Shown here: in pieces, positions 18,746 to 28,638 of the stretch
How positions within the stretch are numbered: position 1 is the stretch's first letter
How the letters are laid out: every line of letters begins with the position of its first letter
NCBI GenBank assembly: GCA_041649175.1
Contig: JBAZNR010000001.1
Coordinates: 911,497 to 975,496, forward strand
Origin: Candidatus Omnitrophota bacterium
Lineage (GTDB): Bacteria; Omnitrophota; Gorgyraeia; Zapsychrales; JBAZNR01
Length of the DNA: 64,000 nt
Reading direction: 5' to 3'
Notes under the pieces: model-generated
Databases searched by the model: none
The model's input: only the letters and a program-made list of their open reading frames with translations
Told to the model about the DNA's origin: nothing
Position numbers and translations under genes: made by a program

Positions 18746-21082
18746 ATGGGGCTAAGGATTTCAGAGAACGCGAAAAAAGTTTTGGAAAAAAGATATTTAA
18801 AAAAAGATGAAAACGGAAAGGTGATCGAAACGCCCGAAGAAATGTTTCACCGTGTCGCGCGCGCCATTGCCGGTGTTGACAAGCAATACGGCAGTAGTGA
18901 TAAGCAGATTTCGCAAACCGAAGAAGCTTTCTATCAAATGATGGCTAATTTGGAGTTCATGCCAAATTCTCCTACTCTTATGAATGCCGGCCGCCCTTTA
19001 GGGCAATTAAGCGCTTGTTTTGTCCTCCCCATTGCTGATTCCATGGAATCCATTTTTGAAACATTAAAAGCAACAGCCATTATTCATAAATCCGGCGGCG
19101 GAACGGGATTTTCATTTTCGCGTTTGCGCGAAAAAAATAGTTTAGTACAAGCCACCGGCGGCATTGCTTCCGGCCCGATCTCTTTTATGAAAGTTTTTGA
19201 CGGCGCCACCCAAGCCGTTAAACAAGGCGGAACCCGGCGCGGGGCCAATATGGGAATTTTGCGCGTTGATCATCCGGATATTTTAGAATTCATCACCTGT
19301 AAACAGCAAGACCAGGAAATTGCCAATTTCAATATCTCTGTTGCCATTACCGATAAGTTTTGGGAAGCTCTTCAAAAGGGCGAAGACTACGAACTTATTT
19401 CTCCGAATACACAGCAAGCTGTCCGGAAAATCAATAGCCAAAAAGTTTTTGATCTGATCGTTGAAAACGCTCATCGTAACGGTGAACCGGGGCTTATTTT
19501 CATTGATAAGCTCAATCAATATAATCCCACGCCGCAGCTAGGGCTTTTTGAAGCGACTAATCCTTGCGGCGAACAGCCCCTTTTGCCTTATGAAAGCTGT
19601 AATTTAGGCTCCATCAATCTTTTAGAAATGACAAAAAAAGATGATACCGGAAGCCTTAGCGTTGATTGGGATCGATTGCAGGCGGTGGTGCGTAAAGCTG
19701 TTCACTTCTTAGACAATGTTATTGACGGCAATAAGCATCCTATTAAAGAGATCGAGCAAAATACGAAATTGACCCGTAAGATAGGCTTAGGTGTTATGGG
19801 CTGGGCTTCGCTTTTGGCGCGTTTAGGCATTGCTTATAATTCTGAACAAGCGCTGGAATTAGCCGACCGTATGATGTCTTTTATTTTGACGGAAGCGAAG
19901 ATGAAATCCCTGGAAATTGCCAAGACCAAAGGGGTTTTTCCGGCATTCGATAGAAGCATTTACGCCAAAGGCGGGGATAAAATGCGTTTTCGTAATGCGA
20001 CGCTCACCACCATTGCGCCGACAGGAACGATCAGTATTATCGGCGGGCCTTGTTCTTCGGGGATCGAACCTATTTTTGCCATTTGTTATTATCGTAATGT
20101 TATGGATAAAACAAAGCTGGTGGAAACTGATCCGGTTTTTGAGCAGATCGCTAAAGAAAGAGGATTTTACAGCTCGGAATTAATGCAAAAAATCGCCGAG
20201 CAAGGCTCTATCGAGCATATTGAAGAAATTCCGGAAGATGTAAAAAAAGCTTTTGTTACTGCGCATGATATTGCCCCCGAATGGCACATCCGTATGCAGG
20301 CGGCTTTTCAGAAGTTTACCGATAATGCGGTTTCAAAAACCATCAATTTCCCACATACGGCAACTCCCGAAGATGTTCGTAAAGCTTATCTTTTATCCTA
20401 TGAATTGAATTGTAAGGGAATTACCGTTTATCGTGATGGAAGCCGTCAGGAACAAGTATTGAATGTCAGTAAAAAAGAAGCAGACGGTGCGCAAAAATCT
20501 GAAACAAAAGTAGAGTCGGCTGTTGATCCCAATGCCGGAAGAATTGAGCCGCGCCGAAGGCCGGAAGTGATCACCGGAACGACTTCTAAAGTTTTAACCG
20601 GATGCGGGAATCTTTACGTCACCATTAATTATGACGGTGATAATAAACCGTTTGAACTTTTTACCCAAATGGGAAAAGCAGGAGGCTGTGCATCAAGCCA
20701 GCTGGAGGCGATCGCGCGCTTAGCTTCTTTGGCGCTTCGTTCCGGAATTGATTTTAAAGCGGTCATTGATCAATTGCGCGGTATTAGATGCCCCGTTCCG
20801 TCTTGGGATAAGGGGGCGAGGATATTTTCCTGCGCCGATGCCATTTCTCGGGTTTTAGAAAAAAGACTATCGGAAAAAGCGCCCGCTTTTCAACCGCAAG
20901 AAGTTTTAACAGCGGCTCAGACAGCAACTCAGGTAGCGACATTAGCGACAAGTCAATTAAAGCCATCGGAAACGATGAACAGCCGCCTTAACATGGTTGG
21001 GGTTTGCCCCGACTGTGGTAGTCCTTTACATCATGAAGAAGGATGTTTAAAGTGTTATGGCTGTGGTTTCTCGAGATGCTAA
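18746..21082 (+). CDS. nrdJ: Class II (adenosylcobalamin-dependent) ribonucleotide reductase.
   Basis: Motifs CGEQPLLPYESCNLGSINL and TIAPTGTISIIGG typical of NrdJ. C-terminal zinc ribbon CPDCGSP...CLKCYGCGFSRC. Confidence 0.85.
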   Translation: MGLRISENAKKVLEKRYLKKDENGKVIETPEEMFHRVARAIAGVDKQYGSSDKQISQTEEAFYQMMANLEFMPNSPTLMNAGRPLGQLSACFVLPIADSMESIFETLKATAIIHKSGGGTGFSFSRLREKNSLVQATGGIASGPISFMKVFDGATQAVKQGGTRRGANMGILRVDHPDILEFITCKQQDQEIANFNISVAITDKFWEALQKGEDYELISPNTQQAVRKINSQKVFDLIVENAHRNGEPGLIFIDKLNQYNPTPQLGLFEATNPCGEQPLLPYESCNLGSINLLEMTKKDDTGSLSVDWDRLQAVVRKAVHFLDNVIDGNKHPIKEIEQNTKLTRKIGLGVMGWASLLARLGIAYNSEQALELADRMMSFILTEAKMKSLEIAKTKGVFPAFDRSIYAKGGDKMRFRNATLTTIAPTGTISIIGGPCSSGIEPIFAICYYRNVMDKTKLVETDPVFEQIAKERGFYSSELMQKIAEQGSIEHIEEIPEDVKKAFVTAHDIAPEWHIRMQAAFQKFTDNAVSKTINFPHTATPEDVRKAYLLSYELNCKGITVYRDGSRQEQVLNVSKKEADGAQKSETKVESAVDPNAGRIEPRRRPEVITGTTSKVLTGCGNLYVTINYDGDNKPFELFTQMGKAGGCASSQLEAIARLASLALRSGIDFKAVIDQLRGIRCPVPSWDKGARIFSCADAISRVLEKRLSEKAPAFQPQEVLTAAQTATQVATLATSQLKPSETMNSRLNMVGVCPDCGSPLHHEEGCLKCYGCGFSRC

Positions 21083-21117
21083 AAAAATGTCAAAGTAGCT
21101 TTCTTGAAAATGGGAGT

Positions 21118-22551
21118 ATGGTTTTAGGCGCCAAGAGACAACAGCGTTGTCTCTTGGCGCCTATTTTTATTTCCTTTCTTTTATTATCGGCAAGTGCTTT
21201 TGCCCAAGAGGACGCTTCAAAGATACTTAAACTTAGTCTTAGCGAAACTGCCAACAAAGTCGTCCAGCATCTTCCGCAGCTAAAAATCCAAGAATACGCT
21301 GTTTTAGCGGCTCAGGCTTCTAAAAAAGAAGCATATTCTTCTTATCTGCCTTCTGTTGGTTTGGGATTTTCTGCCACGCGTGGCAATGATCCTGTTTATG
21401 TTTTTAGCTCGCTATTAAAGCAGCGGTCTTTTAGCCAGGAAAATTTTGCCGTTCCTTCTCTTAATAAACCGGACCCTTTCTCTAATTATCAGTCAGCTCT
21501 TGAACTTTCTTTGCCGATCTTCTCGGCGTTTCAAACCGAAGGCCGTGTTCGCAGCGCGGATTTTGCTGTTAAAGCGTCTCAATCTTTAAGAGAAAACAGC
21601 GAACAAGAAGCGATGCTGACCGCCATCATTGCGTATACACGCGTTTTATCTTTGGAAAAAATGATTGCGGTGGCGCAAGATATCGTTACGATCAGCGAAC
21701 AAGCTGTTAAAGAAGCGGAAAATCTGCAAAGCAAAGGCATGGTTTTAGGTTGCGACTATTTAACAGCCCGGGCTACGATCGCGCAAATGAAACGGTTTTT
21801 AGAGACGACTAAATTTAAACTTGCGGCAGCATATAGTTCTTTGAGCATTCTCATGGGATTGTCGCAAGAAGAGAAGATCGCTTTAATTCATACTATCCCT
21901 CCCGAGCAATTTCCTGAGATTGATATTGTCGAATTTCAAAAAGACTTATTAACTTTACGCAAAGACGCTCAGGCGGCAAAATATAACGTTGATTTAAGCC
22001 AATCTGAGCTTGCGCGCGAGAAAAATAACAGGCTTCCTAATATTTCTGCTTTTGCGCGCGCAGAAAGCAATACCAATCAATGGGATGACAGCGCGGAAAA
22101 TTATACGGCGGGATTACAATTAAGAATGAATATCTTTGAACCGTCTTTATCGCCGCGCATCGATCGTCTCCAAGCGGAAGTAAAACGTTCAAAATCATTT
22201 TATTTGCAGGTGGAGGAATCTTTAAAGGATTCCTTACAGCAAACCCTATCCGAATATCAATCTCAAAACGAGATCTTAAAACTCACCAAACAATCATTAA
22301 TGGATGCCCGCCAAGCAGGGATGTCTATTGGCGATTTGTACCGCGTCGGAAAACGAAGTATCGCTGATTTCCTAAAGGCCCAGACCTATCAATTAGAATT
22401 AGAAAATACCTATTGGGATATCCGTTTTGGAGCCTATATTAATTTTGCGAAGCTATTTTTTCTTTCCGGAAAACTGAATAGTGAAAATATGCAAATCCTA
22501 GAAACAATGTTAGCGCAAGATAATGTTTCGCTTGTGGAACAAACGCCATGA
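21118..22551 (+). CDS. TolC-like outer membrane efflux protein.
   Basis: Signal peptide (MVLGAKRQQRCLLAPIFISFLLLSASAFA), then coiled-coil-rich repeats typical of the OEP family. The track start at 21043 overlaps nrdJ and is rejected. Confidence 0.6.
   Translation: MVLGAKRQQRCLLAPIFISFLLLSASAFAQEDASKILKLSLSETANKVVQHLPQLKIQEYAVLAAQASKKEAYSSYLPSVGLGFSATRGNDPVYVFSSLLKQRSFSQENFAVPSLNKPDPFSNYQSALELSLPIFSAFQTEGRVRSADFAVKASQSLRENSEQEAMLTAIIAYTRVLSLEKMIAVAQDIVTISEQAVKEAENLQSKGMVLGCDYLTARATIAQMKRFLETTKFKLAAAYSSLSILMGLSQEEKIALIHTIPPEQFPEIDIVEFQKDLLTLRKDAQAAKYNVDLSQSELAREKNNRLPNISAFARAESNTNQWDDSAENYTAGLQLRMNIFEPSLSPRIDRLQAEVKRSKSFYLQVEESLKDSLQQTLSEYQSQNEILKLTKQSLMDARQAGMSIGDLYRVGKRSIADFLKAQTYQLELENTYWDIRFGAYINFAKLFFLSGKLNSENMQILETMLAQDNVSLVEQTP
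21127..21172 (+). terminator. Perfect 16-bp inverted repeat (GGCGCCAAGAGACAAC-AGC-GTTGTCTCTTGGCGCC) followed by UAUUUUUAUUU.
   Basis: Seen directly in the sequence, 45 nt after the nrdJ stop. It overlaps codons 4-15 of the downstream OMP gene. Confidence 0.55.
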
Positions 22552-25500
22552 AACTCGCCGGATCTATCGCAAAAACATTCATTGATTCTAAGCTGACACT
22601 GCTTTTGATCATCAGCATTCTTCTTTTGGGCGCGTTTGCCATTATGCAGCTTCCGCGTGAAGAAGAGCCGCAAATATCCGTTCCTTTTATGGATATCTTC
22701 ATTTCGTTTCCCGGAGCTTCGGCTAAAGAAGTGGAAACGCTTGTTATTGAGCCTTTCGAAAGAAAGCTTTGGGAAATTCCCCAGGTAGAATACCTTTATT
22801 CTACCGCTCAACCTAATTTTGCTTTGCTTGTCGTGCGCTTTGAAGTCGGCGCGGATGAAGAGCAAAGCTTAGTAAAGCTTTATACAAAGGTGTTTGCGAA
22901 TTTAGATTTGCTTCCCTCCGGCGCCGGACAACCCATTATTAAACCACGAACGATTTACGATGTCCCCGTTTTGGCGCTGACGTTTTCATCGAAGGATCAG
23001 GATATTAAAACGCTGCGTAAAACGGCGGCCTTAGTCCGCCAAGAGATTAGCTCGATACAAAATGTTTCGGAAACAACTTTGATCGGGGGCCATCAGAGAA
23101 CTTTTCATGTTCTTTTTGATGAACAGAAGCTAGAAGATCATTCTTTAACACCGCTAACGCTTGCCCATATTGTGCGGCAGGCCAATCAAAAGTTACCCGC
23201 CGGAACAACAACACAAAGCGAAATGCTCACCGCGGTTGAGTCCAGCGGATTTTTAGAAACAGCCGAAGATCTAAAGAAAATCGTTGTCGGTATTTGGGCG
23301 GGGAACCCTTTGTATCTTTCGGATGTTGCGCAAGTTTTAGACGGAGTGGATGACCGGGAATCTGACGTATCTATCAGTTTTTCAAAAAACGGTTTGGCCG
23401 AAACATCGCCGGCAGTTACCTTAAGTATTTCTAAGCGAAAGGCAACCAATGCTATCACGGTTGTGGACCAGGTTTTAAAGAAGATAAAAGCGCTTCAAAA
23501 AACAATTATTCCTCAAGACATCGAAATTACCGTAACGCGTAATTACGGAAAAACAGCAGAAGAAAAATCAAATGAATTGTTGTGGCATATGTTCTTGGCG
23601 ACCGTTTCTGTCACTCTTCTTATTTCTTTTGCGCTGGGGCGAAAAGAAGCGGTGGTTGTTTTTATCGCTATCCCCGTAACGCTGGCGCTGACACTTTTGA
23701 TCTATTATCTTTTTGGGTATACCCTAAATCGCATTACACTTTTTGCTTTGATCTTTTCGATCGGTATTCTCGTCGATGATGCCATCGTGGTGGTGGAAAA
23801 TATTCATCGCCATTATGTTTTATCGGGGCATAAAAATCTTATGCAAAGCGCCATTGAAGCGGTGGATGAGGTTGGAAATCCGACCATCTTGGCGACATTT
23901 GCCGTGATCGCGGCGATCTTGCCGATGGCCTTTGTTAGGGGATTGATGGGGCCGTATATGCGCCCTATTCCGGTGGGCGCTTCGATGGCGATGTTATTTT
24001 CTTTGGGTGTTGCGTTCATTGTTTCGCCGTGGATCTTTTATCATCTGCTCAAGAAATATCCCGCGGCACATAAAGGAGCTGAAGAAAAAGTATCAAAGCT
24101 CGATCTTTTGTATCGTAAAAGCATGACAGTTCTATTAGAGAATGCGAAAGTAAGATCTCTATTCTTTGCGATGATCGCTTTTCTCATCCTTGGCAGTATG
24201 TCGCTTGTTTATTTTAAGGCGGTCGTTGTTAAAATGCTGCCGTTTGACAATAAAAATGAAATTCAGATTATTTTGAATATGCCCGAAGGAACGGCTTTTG
24301 AAAAGACAAGGCAAGTGATCTATAAAATGAAAGATGCTTTGATAGGAATTGAGGAAGTTGTTGATATACAAACATATTCCGGAACTGCCGCGCCGTTTAA
24401 TTTTAACGGGCTTGTCCGTCATTATTATTTACGCAATATGCCGTGGCAAGCGGATCTGCAGATCAACTTAAAAGATAAACATGATCGCAAACGCCAAAGT
24501 CACGCGATCGCCAAAGAGATCCGTCCTGTTGTCGAAAGAATTGCCAGGGAACACGGCGCTAGAGTCCAAGTGGCGGAAGTGCCTCCGGGCCCGCCGGTTT
24601 TAGCAACTCTTGTGGCGGAAGTTTACGCGCCCAATTTAGAGAAGCAAACCGAGCTTGCCGGCAAGGTATTTGACGTTTTTAAAAATTCCGACGGTGTTGC
24701 GGATGTCGATACGTATGTCCAACATGAATATGAGAAAAAATTCCTTAAGATCAATAATGAGAAAGCGACTTTAAACGGAATTTCTTCGCGGGACATCACT
24801 CAAACACTTCTCTTAGCGTTGGAAGGACAGAATATTGACATTGCCCATGCGAAAGATGAGCCGGAAACCGTTGCCATTCGTCTCAGGCTTCCTCCTGAAA
24901 AAAGAAGTGACCTTGCCAGCCTTAAGAATATTGTTTTATTAAACCGTCTTGATCATCCCGTGACGATCAATGAATTAGTTCAAGAGGAAGATATCAAACA
25001 AGAACGTGCCATTTATCATAAGAATTTAAAACCTGTTACTTACGTGACCGGGGATTTGACGGGCAGGCTGGAAAGCCCGGTGTATGCGATGCTGGCGATG
25101 GAAAAACGCTTAAAAGAAATTTCACAAGACACGGAGAATTTACAAATTTATTGGAATCATCAGCCGGAACTGCTGGATAAACCGGCGATCAAATGGGACG
25201 GGGAATGGCAAATTACTTTTGAAGTGTTCCGGGATTTAGGCATTGCCTTTGCCATGGTTTTGATCTTGATCTATGTTTTGGTGGTGGGATGGTTCCGGTC
25301 ATTTACGGTCCCTCTAGTTATTATGGCGCCGATTCCTCTAACACTCGTCGGAATTTTGCCTGGGCATCTTTTATTCGGCGCTTTCTTTACGGCGACATCC
25401 ATGATCGGGTTTATTGCCGGGGCGGGGATCGTTGTGCGTAATTCCATTATCCTCGTTGATTTTACGGAATTACGGTTAAAGCAAGGAATGCCGCTCAAAG

Positions 25501-25712
25501 AAGCCGTGATCGATGCCGGCGCGACACGTTTTCGTCCAATGCTTTTAACCGCCGCCGCTGTTATGGTCGGGTCGGCTGTCATCCTTTTTGATCCTATCTT
25601 CCAAGGATTGGCGATTTCGCTTATGACAGGCGAAATTGCCTCCACCATTCTTTCGCGCACCTCAGTTCCTATTTTATATTATCTCTTGAAAAAACACGAA
25701 CATAGGGTTTAG
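22548..25712 (+). CDS. RND efflux transporter permease (AcrB/CzcA superfamily).
   Basis: 1054 aa with twelve-TM RND architecture and the TM4 motif GILVDDAIVVVENI. Its start overlaps the OMP stop. Confidence 0.85.
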   Translation: MKLAGSIAKTFIDSKLTLLLIISILLLGAFAIMQLPREEEPQISVPFMDIFISFPGASAKEVETLVIEPFERKLWEIPQVEYLYSTAQPNFALLVVRFEVGADEEQSLVKLYTKVFANLDLLPSGAGQPIIKPRTIYDVPVLALTFSSKDQDIKTLRKTAALVRQEISSIQNVSETTLIGGHQRTFHVLFDEQKLEDHSLTPLTLAHIVRQANQKLPAGTTTQSEMLTAVESSGFLETAEDLKKIVVGIWAGNPLYLSDVAQVLDGVDDRESDVSISFSKNGLAETSPAVTLSISKRKATNAITVVDQVLKKIKALQKTIIPQDIEITVTRNYGKTAEEKSNELLWHMFLATVSVTLLISFALGRKEAVVVFIAIPVTLALTLLIYYLFGYTLNRITLFALIFSIGILVDDAIVVVENIHRHYVLSGHKNLMQSAIEAVDEVGNPTILATFAVIAAILPMAFVRGLMGPYMRPIPVGASMAMLFSLGVAFIVSPWIFYHLLKKYPAAHKGAEEKVSKLDLLYRKSMTVLLENAKVRSLFFAMIAFLILGSMSLVYFKAVVVKMLPFDNKNEIQIILNMPEGTAFEKTRQVIYKMKDALIGIEEVVDIQTYSGTAAPFNFNGLVRHYYLRNMPWQADLQINLKDKHDRKRQSHAIAKEIRPVVERIAREHGARVQVAEVPPGPPVLATLVAEVYAPNLEKQTELAGKVFDVFKNSDGVADVDTYVQHEYEKKFLKINNEKATLNGISSRDITQTLLLALEGQNIDIAHAKDEPETVAIRLRLPPEKRSDLASLKNIVLLNRLDHPVTINELVQEEDIKQERAIYHKNLKPVTYVTGDLTGRLESPVYAMLAMEKRLKEISQDTENLQIYWNHQPELLDKPAIKWDGEWQITFEVFRDLGIAFAMVLILIYVLVVGWFRSFTVPLVIMAPIPLTLVGILPGHLLFGAFFTATSMIGFIAGAGIVVRNSIILVDFTELRLKQGMPLKEAVIDAGATRFRPMLLTAAAVMVGSAVILFDPIFQGLAISLMTGEIASTILSRTSVPILYYLLKKHEHRV

Positions 25713-25762
25713 AATAGAAAAGCTTATATTGCCTGGGTTATTCAATCTGAAAGGAGAGATCC

Positions 25763-25963
25763 ATGGAAAGAAAATTGCGCGGTATTGCGGGAATTTTTAT
25801 ACTCATTAGCGTCAGTTTAGCGCATTATGTGAACCCCTTATGGCTTTGGTTTACGGTTTTTATTGGGCTTAATCTTTTGCAATCTGCTTTTACCAATTGG
25901 TGTCCGATGATGTGGATCTTAAAGAAATGCGGCTGTGAAAGCTGTTGCGATAAAACAAAATAA
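25763..25963 (+). CDS. DUF2892 (YgaP-like) small membrane protein.
   Basis: Two-TM hairpin with the NWCP motif, 66 aa. Confidence 0.55.
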   Translation: MERKLRGIAGIFILISVSLAHYVNPLWLWFTVFIGLNLLQSAFTNWCPMMWILKKCGCESCCDKTK

Positions 25964-25987
25964 CTTTTATATTAAGAAAGATAAAAA

Positions 25988-26992
25988 ATGGCTAACAAAG
26001 TTTTAGTAGTTGATGATGATCCGGTGTCCTTGGAATTATTGCGGGCACGTTTATCAGCCAACGGATATACGGTTGTTTCTGCGGTGGACGGCAGCGAAGG
26101 TTTGCAAAAGGCCAAACAGGATAAGCCGGATCTCATCGTTACTGACTTTATGATGCCGCAAATGGACGGATTTACATTCTTTAAGGAGCTTAAAAAAGAT
26201 GAGAAAATGGCGTCTATCCCGATCATTGTCCTGACGGCTCGGGCAAAAATAGAAGATTCTTTTAAGGTGTTTGGGGTCGATAGTTTTCTTACTAAGCCGT
26301 TAAATATGGATTTATTCTTATCGGAAGTGGCCAAGTTGACAAAGAATTCTGATTTGCTCAATAAGCTGTCTGGCGCGCCTACCGGCACGCCGGAGGTAAA
26401 AAAACCCGAAGCAAAAACAGAAGCCAAGCCGCCGGAGCCAAAGTCAAAACCAGCCGAACCCACAAAACAGCCTGAGCCGCCAAAGCCTGTCAAGCCAAGC
26501 GTAGCAAAACCATCTGCTGATGTAAAAAGCAATGCCAAGAATAAAGTTCTTATCTTTGGGGCCAATGAAAGCATTATGAATAAAATGCTTCAGGAGCTGG
26601 AGGGCAAGAAATGCCAAGTGACTCTTCTCAAAGACGATAAACAATTGGTCTCGCAAGCGGAAAAGCTAGAGGTTAATCTCATTTTTCTGCAGGTGAATGC
26701 CGTGACTTCTATTCCGGTCGATCAAATTGTTGTTCAGCTGAGTGATCTTATTCGAAAAAAAGCCAAAGAGGCCCGCGCTGAGGAAAAAGATGAAGATGAT
26801 TCTATCGAAAAGATATGCCCTATCATCCTCTATAAGGTAGAAGCGGAGACAGAAGCCGGGACCTTGTCCGGTTCAGATCTGGCGGATATGGAAAATTTGG
26901 TCCAAAAATGCCAAGAGCAAGGCGCGTCAAAATATATCGGATTGTATTCGTCACTTTCGTTCATGTCTAAAATAAAGAATTATTTAACATAA
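25988..26992 (+). CDS. Response regulator: N-terminal REC domain, Pro/Lys-rich linker, C-terminal degenerate receiver-like domain.
   Basis: REC signature (VLVVDDD...DLIVTDFMMPQMDG...LTAR), then the low-complexity linker PEPKSKPAEPTKQPEPPKPVKP, then a second alpha/beta domain lacking the phospho-Asp. Paralogous to 31272-32162. Confidence 0.7.
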   Translation: MANKVLVVDDDPVSLELLRARLSANGYTVVSAVDGSEGLQKAKQDKPDLIVTDFMMPQMDGFTFFKELKKDEKMASIPIIVLTARAKIEDSFKVFGVDSFLTKPLNMDLFLSEVAKLTKNSDLLNKLSGAPTGTPEVKKPEAKTEAKPPEPKSKPAEPTKQPEPPKPVKPSVAKPSADVKSNAKNKVLIFGANESIMNKMLQELEGKKCQVTLLKDDKQLVSQAEKLEVNLIFLQVNAVTSIPVDQIVVQLSDLIRKKAKEARAEEKDEDDSIEKICPIILYKVEAETEAGTLSGSDLADMENLVQKCQEQGASKYIGLYSSLSFMSKIKNYLT

Positions 26993-27013
26993 ACCTTAAA
27001 AAGGAATCTCAGC

Positions 27014-28015
27014 TTGTCCATTCTTGCTTATGCCGCTTCCGGCCCCAAGGAAACACTTAAAGTATTTCGATTCGATGCGCCGCAGTTAGGTCCTTGGGAT
27101 GTCGAGGTCAAGGTTACGCATTGCGGAATTTGTCATAGCGATGTCCATCTCATTGATAATGATTGGAATATGAATTCTTATCCGCTTGTCCCGGGCCATG
27201 AGGTTGTCGGCATTGTGAAAGCGGCAGGGAAAAATGTCCAGAAATTAAAAGCAGGTGACCGCGTTGGTATCGGTTGGCAATCAGGAAGCTGTCAGACGTG
27301 CGAATGGTGTATAAAAGGCGAAGAAAATCTTTGTGCGGATAATAAGGCAACATGTGTCGGCCATTATGGCGGATTTGCCGAAACCCTTTACACGGACAGC
27401 CGCTTCGCTTTTCTTATTCCGGAAAAATTGAAATCGGAAAATGCCGCGCCGCTTTTATGCGGCGGAGCAACCGTTTATTCTCCTCTGGCGCGCCATGTGA
27501 GATCGTCAATGAAGGTTGGCGTGATCGGTATCGGCGGTTTAGGGCACTTAGGCTTACAATTTGCGCGCGCTTTCGGCTGTGAAGTAACGGCTTTTTCCAG
27601 CGATCCGACAAAAGAAAAAGAAGCTAAAGATTTTGGCGCGCATCATTTTGTGGCCAGCAACAAAGTCGATCAACTCAAAAAATTATCCAGGTCGCTAGAT
27701 TTTATTCTTTCAACGGTCAATGTTGATCTTGATTGGGGAAAATTCTTGCAAGTCTTGCGCCCCAATGGCAAATTATGCATGGTCGGTGTTCCGGGAAATC
27801 CGATGGAAATCTCGGCCTTTGCCTTGATCAGCGGACAAAAAAGCGTTGTGGGAAGTGTTATCGGAAGCCGCAGCGGCATTGAAGAAATGCTTGAATTTTC
27901 CGCGCATCACAACATCGCGGCAAAAACAGAAACCATGCCTTTAAGTGATGTGAATAAGGCTGTTGAGAAAGTCCGGCAGAATAAAGCGCGTTACCGGATG
28001 GTTCTAACCGTTTAA
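27014..28015 (+). CDS. Zinc-dependent NAD(P) alcohol dehydrogenase (cinnamyl-alcohol dehydrogenase family).
   Basis: CGICHSDVH catalytic-zinc motif, GHEVVGIV, structural-zinc Cys cluster (CQTCEWCIKGEENLC) and a GIGGLGH Rossmann motif. Apparent TTG start. Confidence 0.8.
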   Translation: MSILAYAASGPKETLKVFRFDAPQLGPWDVEVKVTHCGICHSDVHLIDNDWNMNSYPLVPGHEVVGIVKAAGKNVQKLKAGDRVGIGWQSGSCQTCEWCIKGEENLCADNKATCVGHYGGFAETLYTDSRFAFLIPEKLKSENAAPLLCGGATVYSPLARHVRSSMKVGVIGIGGLGHLGLQFARAFGCEVTAFSSDPTKEKEAKDFGAHHFVASNKVDQLKKLSRSLDFILSTVNVDLDWGKFLQVLRPNGKLCMVGVPGNPMEISAFALISGQKSVVGSVIGSRSGIEEMLEFSAHHNIAAKTETMPLSDVNKAVEKVRQNKARYRMVLTV

Positions 28016-28030
28016 GGACTTTAAAGCATA

Positions 28031-28525
28031 ATGCTTTTAAAATTCAGCGCGATATTCTTATTTTATTTTCTTCTCCTTTTCGCAATTTCATTTCCTGTCC
28101 AAGCCGAAACTCCGGCTGAAACCAATCAAAAACTTGCCTGGATCCATGATCCGCTTTTCTGGAAAGAGCTTAAACATGAAGATAAAGTTCGGTTGATCAA
28201 AAGCCTTGTTGAGTCTTTAAAAGAAGAAAACATTATCATCAGAAAAAATCCTGCTTTTTATGCCGAGCAGATCGACCTCAATGAAAAGCAAAATCCAAAG
28301 TTATTTTTTAAGCCCGTTGGAATTCAGCTTAATACATTAGCGATCATGTACGGCGATTATGATAATGGCCAAAACCCGTTTGACTTGATCAAGGAAATAT
28401 TCGGCGAGCCATTTTATATAGAATATATCCATAAAAATATGATGGTAACACTGCAAGAAGAGTATGATAAATGGCGAGAGAAGAATCGCCCTAAGGAGCA
28501 GGAGAAAAGTGCTAAGAAAAAATAA
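28031..28525 (+). CDS. Secreted hypothetical protein.
   Basis: Signal peptide ending VQA-ETP, Lys-rich C-terminus, no recognisable domain. Confidence 0.4.
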   Translation: MLLKFSAIFLFYFLLLFAISFPVQAETPAETNQKLAWIHDPLFWKELKHEDKVRLIKSLVESLKEENIIIRKNPAFYAEQIDLNEKQNPKLFFKPVGIQLNTLAIMYGDYDNGQNPFDLIKEIFGEPFYIEYIHKNMMVTLQEEYDKWREKNRPKEQEKSAKKK

Positions 28526-28638
28526 GCTCTTCCATCTGTGGTTCGTTATTTTTAGCGGCTGATGATTTCTCATGAAGCCGTTTTTTTATGGCTTTTAAAA
28601 AGCAGTTTCAACAGCTGTAAAGGATCCAGCGAAACATT

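Noticed and set aside
21043-21117. ORF-track start of the TolC-like gene at 21043, overlapping the last 40 nt of nrdJ.
   Set aside because: The extension (MFKVLWLWFLEMLKKCQSSFLENGS) precedes the real signal peptide and overlaps nrdJ. The ATG at 21118 gives a canonical n-region/h-region signal peptide.
25972-26574. 200-aa minus-strand ORF.
   Set aside because: It is completely antisense to a well-supported response-regulator gene. Its low-complexity Gly/Ser translation is typical of shadow ORFs.
28016-28050. Short hairpin AAAGCAT-A-ATGCTTT after the ADH gene, as a possible terminator.
   Set aside because: The stem is only 7 bp and AT-rich. It overlaps the start codon of the next gene, so I did not call it.
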